The notes under the pieces were generated by a model. The model was not told the DNA's origin. It was given only the letters and a program-made list of their open reading frames with translations, and searched no databases. The translations under genes were made by a program, and so were the position numbers. A stretch of 64,000 nt of DNA from Octopus sinensis (taxonomy: Eukaryota): positions 10,292,001 through 10,356,000 of the forward strand of contig NC_043014.1 in assembly GCF_006345805.1 (NCBI RefSeq), read 5' to 3'. Shown here one piece after another: positions 63,492 through 64,000 of this stretch. Position 1 is the first letter of the stretch. The number at the start of each line of letters is the position of its first letter.

Positions 63492-64000
63492 AGTTGTGTG
63501 TGTGTGTGTGTGTGTGTTTGTGTGGTGTGTGTGTATGTATATATACATGTATATATGAATGATATATACATAGATATATAAATATAGACTTTTATATACA
63601 TATACATATATTCACAAACACACACACTTACATATATATATATATATATATATTATATATTATATATATTATATTAATAAAAGGAATTCCAACCTTGTCT
63701 TATTTTCACGTCACGTTTTATTTACAATCTTATAATGATATATATAAGATAATATTATAATTGAATAAAATAAAATGAAATAGTAGAATGTTAAATGTTC
63801 ATTCTGATTGAACTAGTACTTTCATGCATTGAATTCTGCAATCTTCGGGTTCATGTAGTAGTGTTGACAGTCATGCTTCACAATTTTTGACTGTAGCAAG
63901 ATGATTGATTCTGTGCTATAAATACAGCTGGGTAGGCTCCAGAGTGCTATGTTTATTTGTATTTTGAAATTAGCTATTTCATCTTTAAATATGAAAATTA

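Overview
Repeat-saturated, AT-rich animal genomic DNA. The SINE families and extreme microsatellite density point to a coleoid cephalopod, most likely Octopus; this is inference, with no database check. I find no host gene, rRNA, tRNA or CRISPR array that I can support, and almost all ORFs in the supplied track are microsatellite or antisense artefacts. Contents: (i) non-LTR retrotransposon remnants of several clades: Penelope-like elements (PLEs), an R4/Dong-type element in (TAA)n with an uninterrupted 549-codon RT/Zn-knuckle/RLE tail, an L1/Tx1-type element in (TATC)n, an RTE 3' end and a CR1-like 3' end; (ii) three tRNA-derived SINE families; (iii) Helitron/Helentron-like non-autonomous elements, MITEs and a mariner remnant. 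Most notable observations: (1) a Deu/Nin-domain SINE repeatedly occurs as 2-5-unit concatemers with one head, each enclosed by a single target-site duplication and joined at a GGTATT microhomology; (2) two Tx1-type copies are each flanked on both sides by (TATC)n, suggesting GATA-microsatellite targeting; (3) several minimal hammerhead-ribozyme motifs lie in PLE-type terminal repeats, one with a fully canonical core at 7085-7157 (minus strand). All alignments, translations and folds were done by eye; boundaries marked ~ are approximate.
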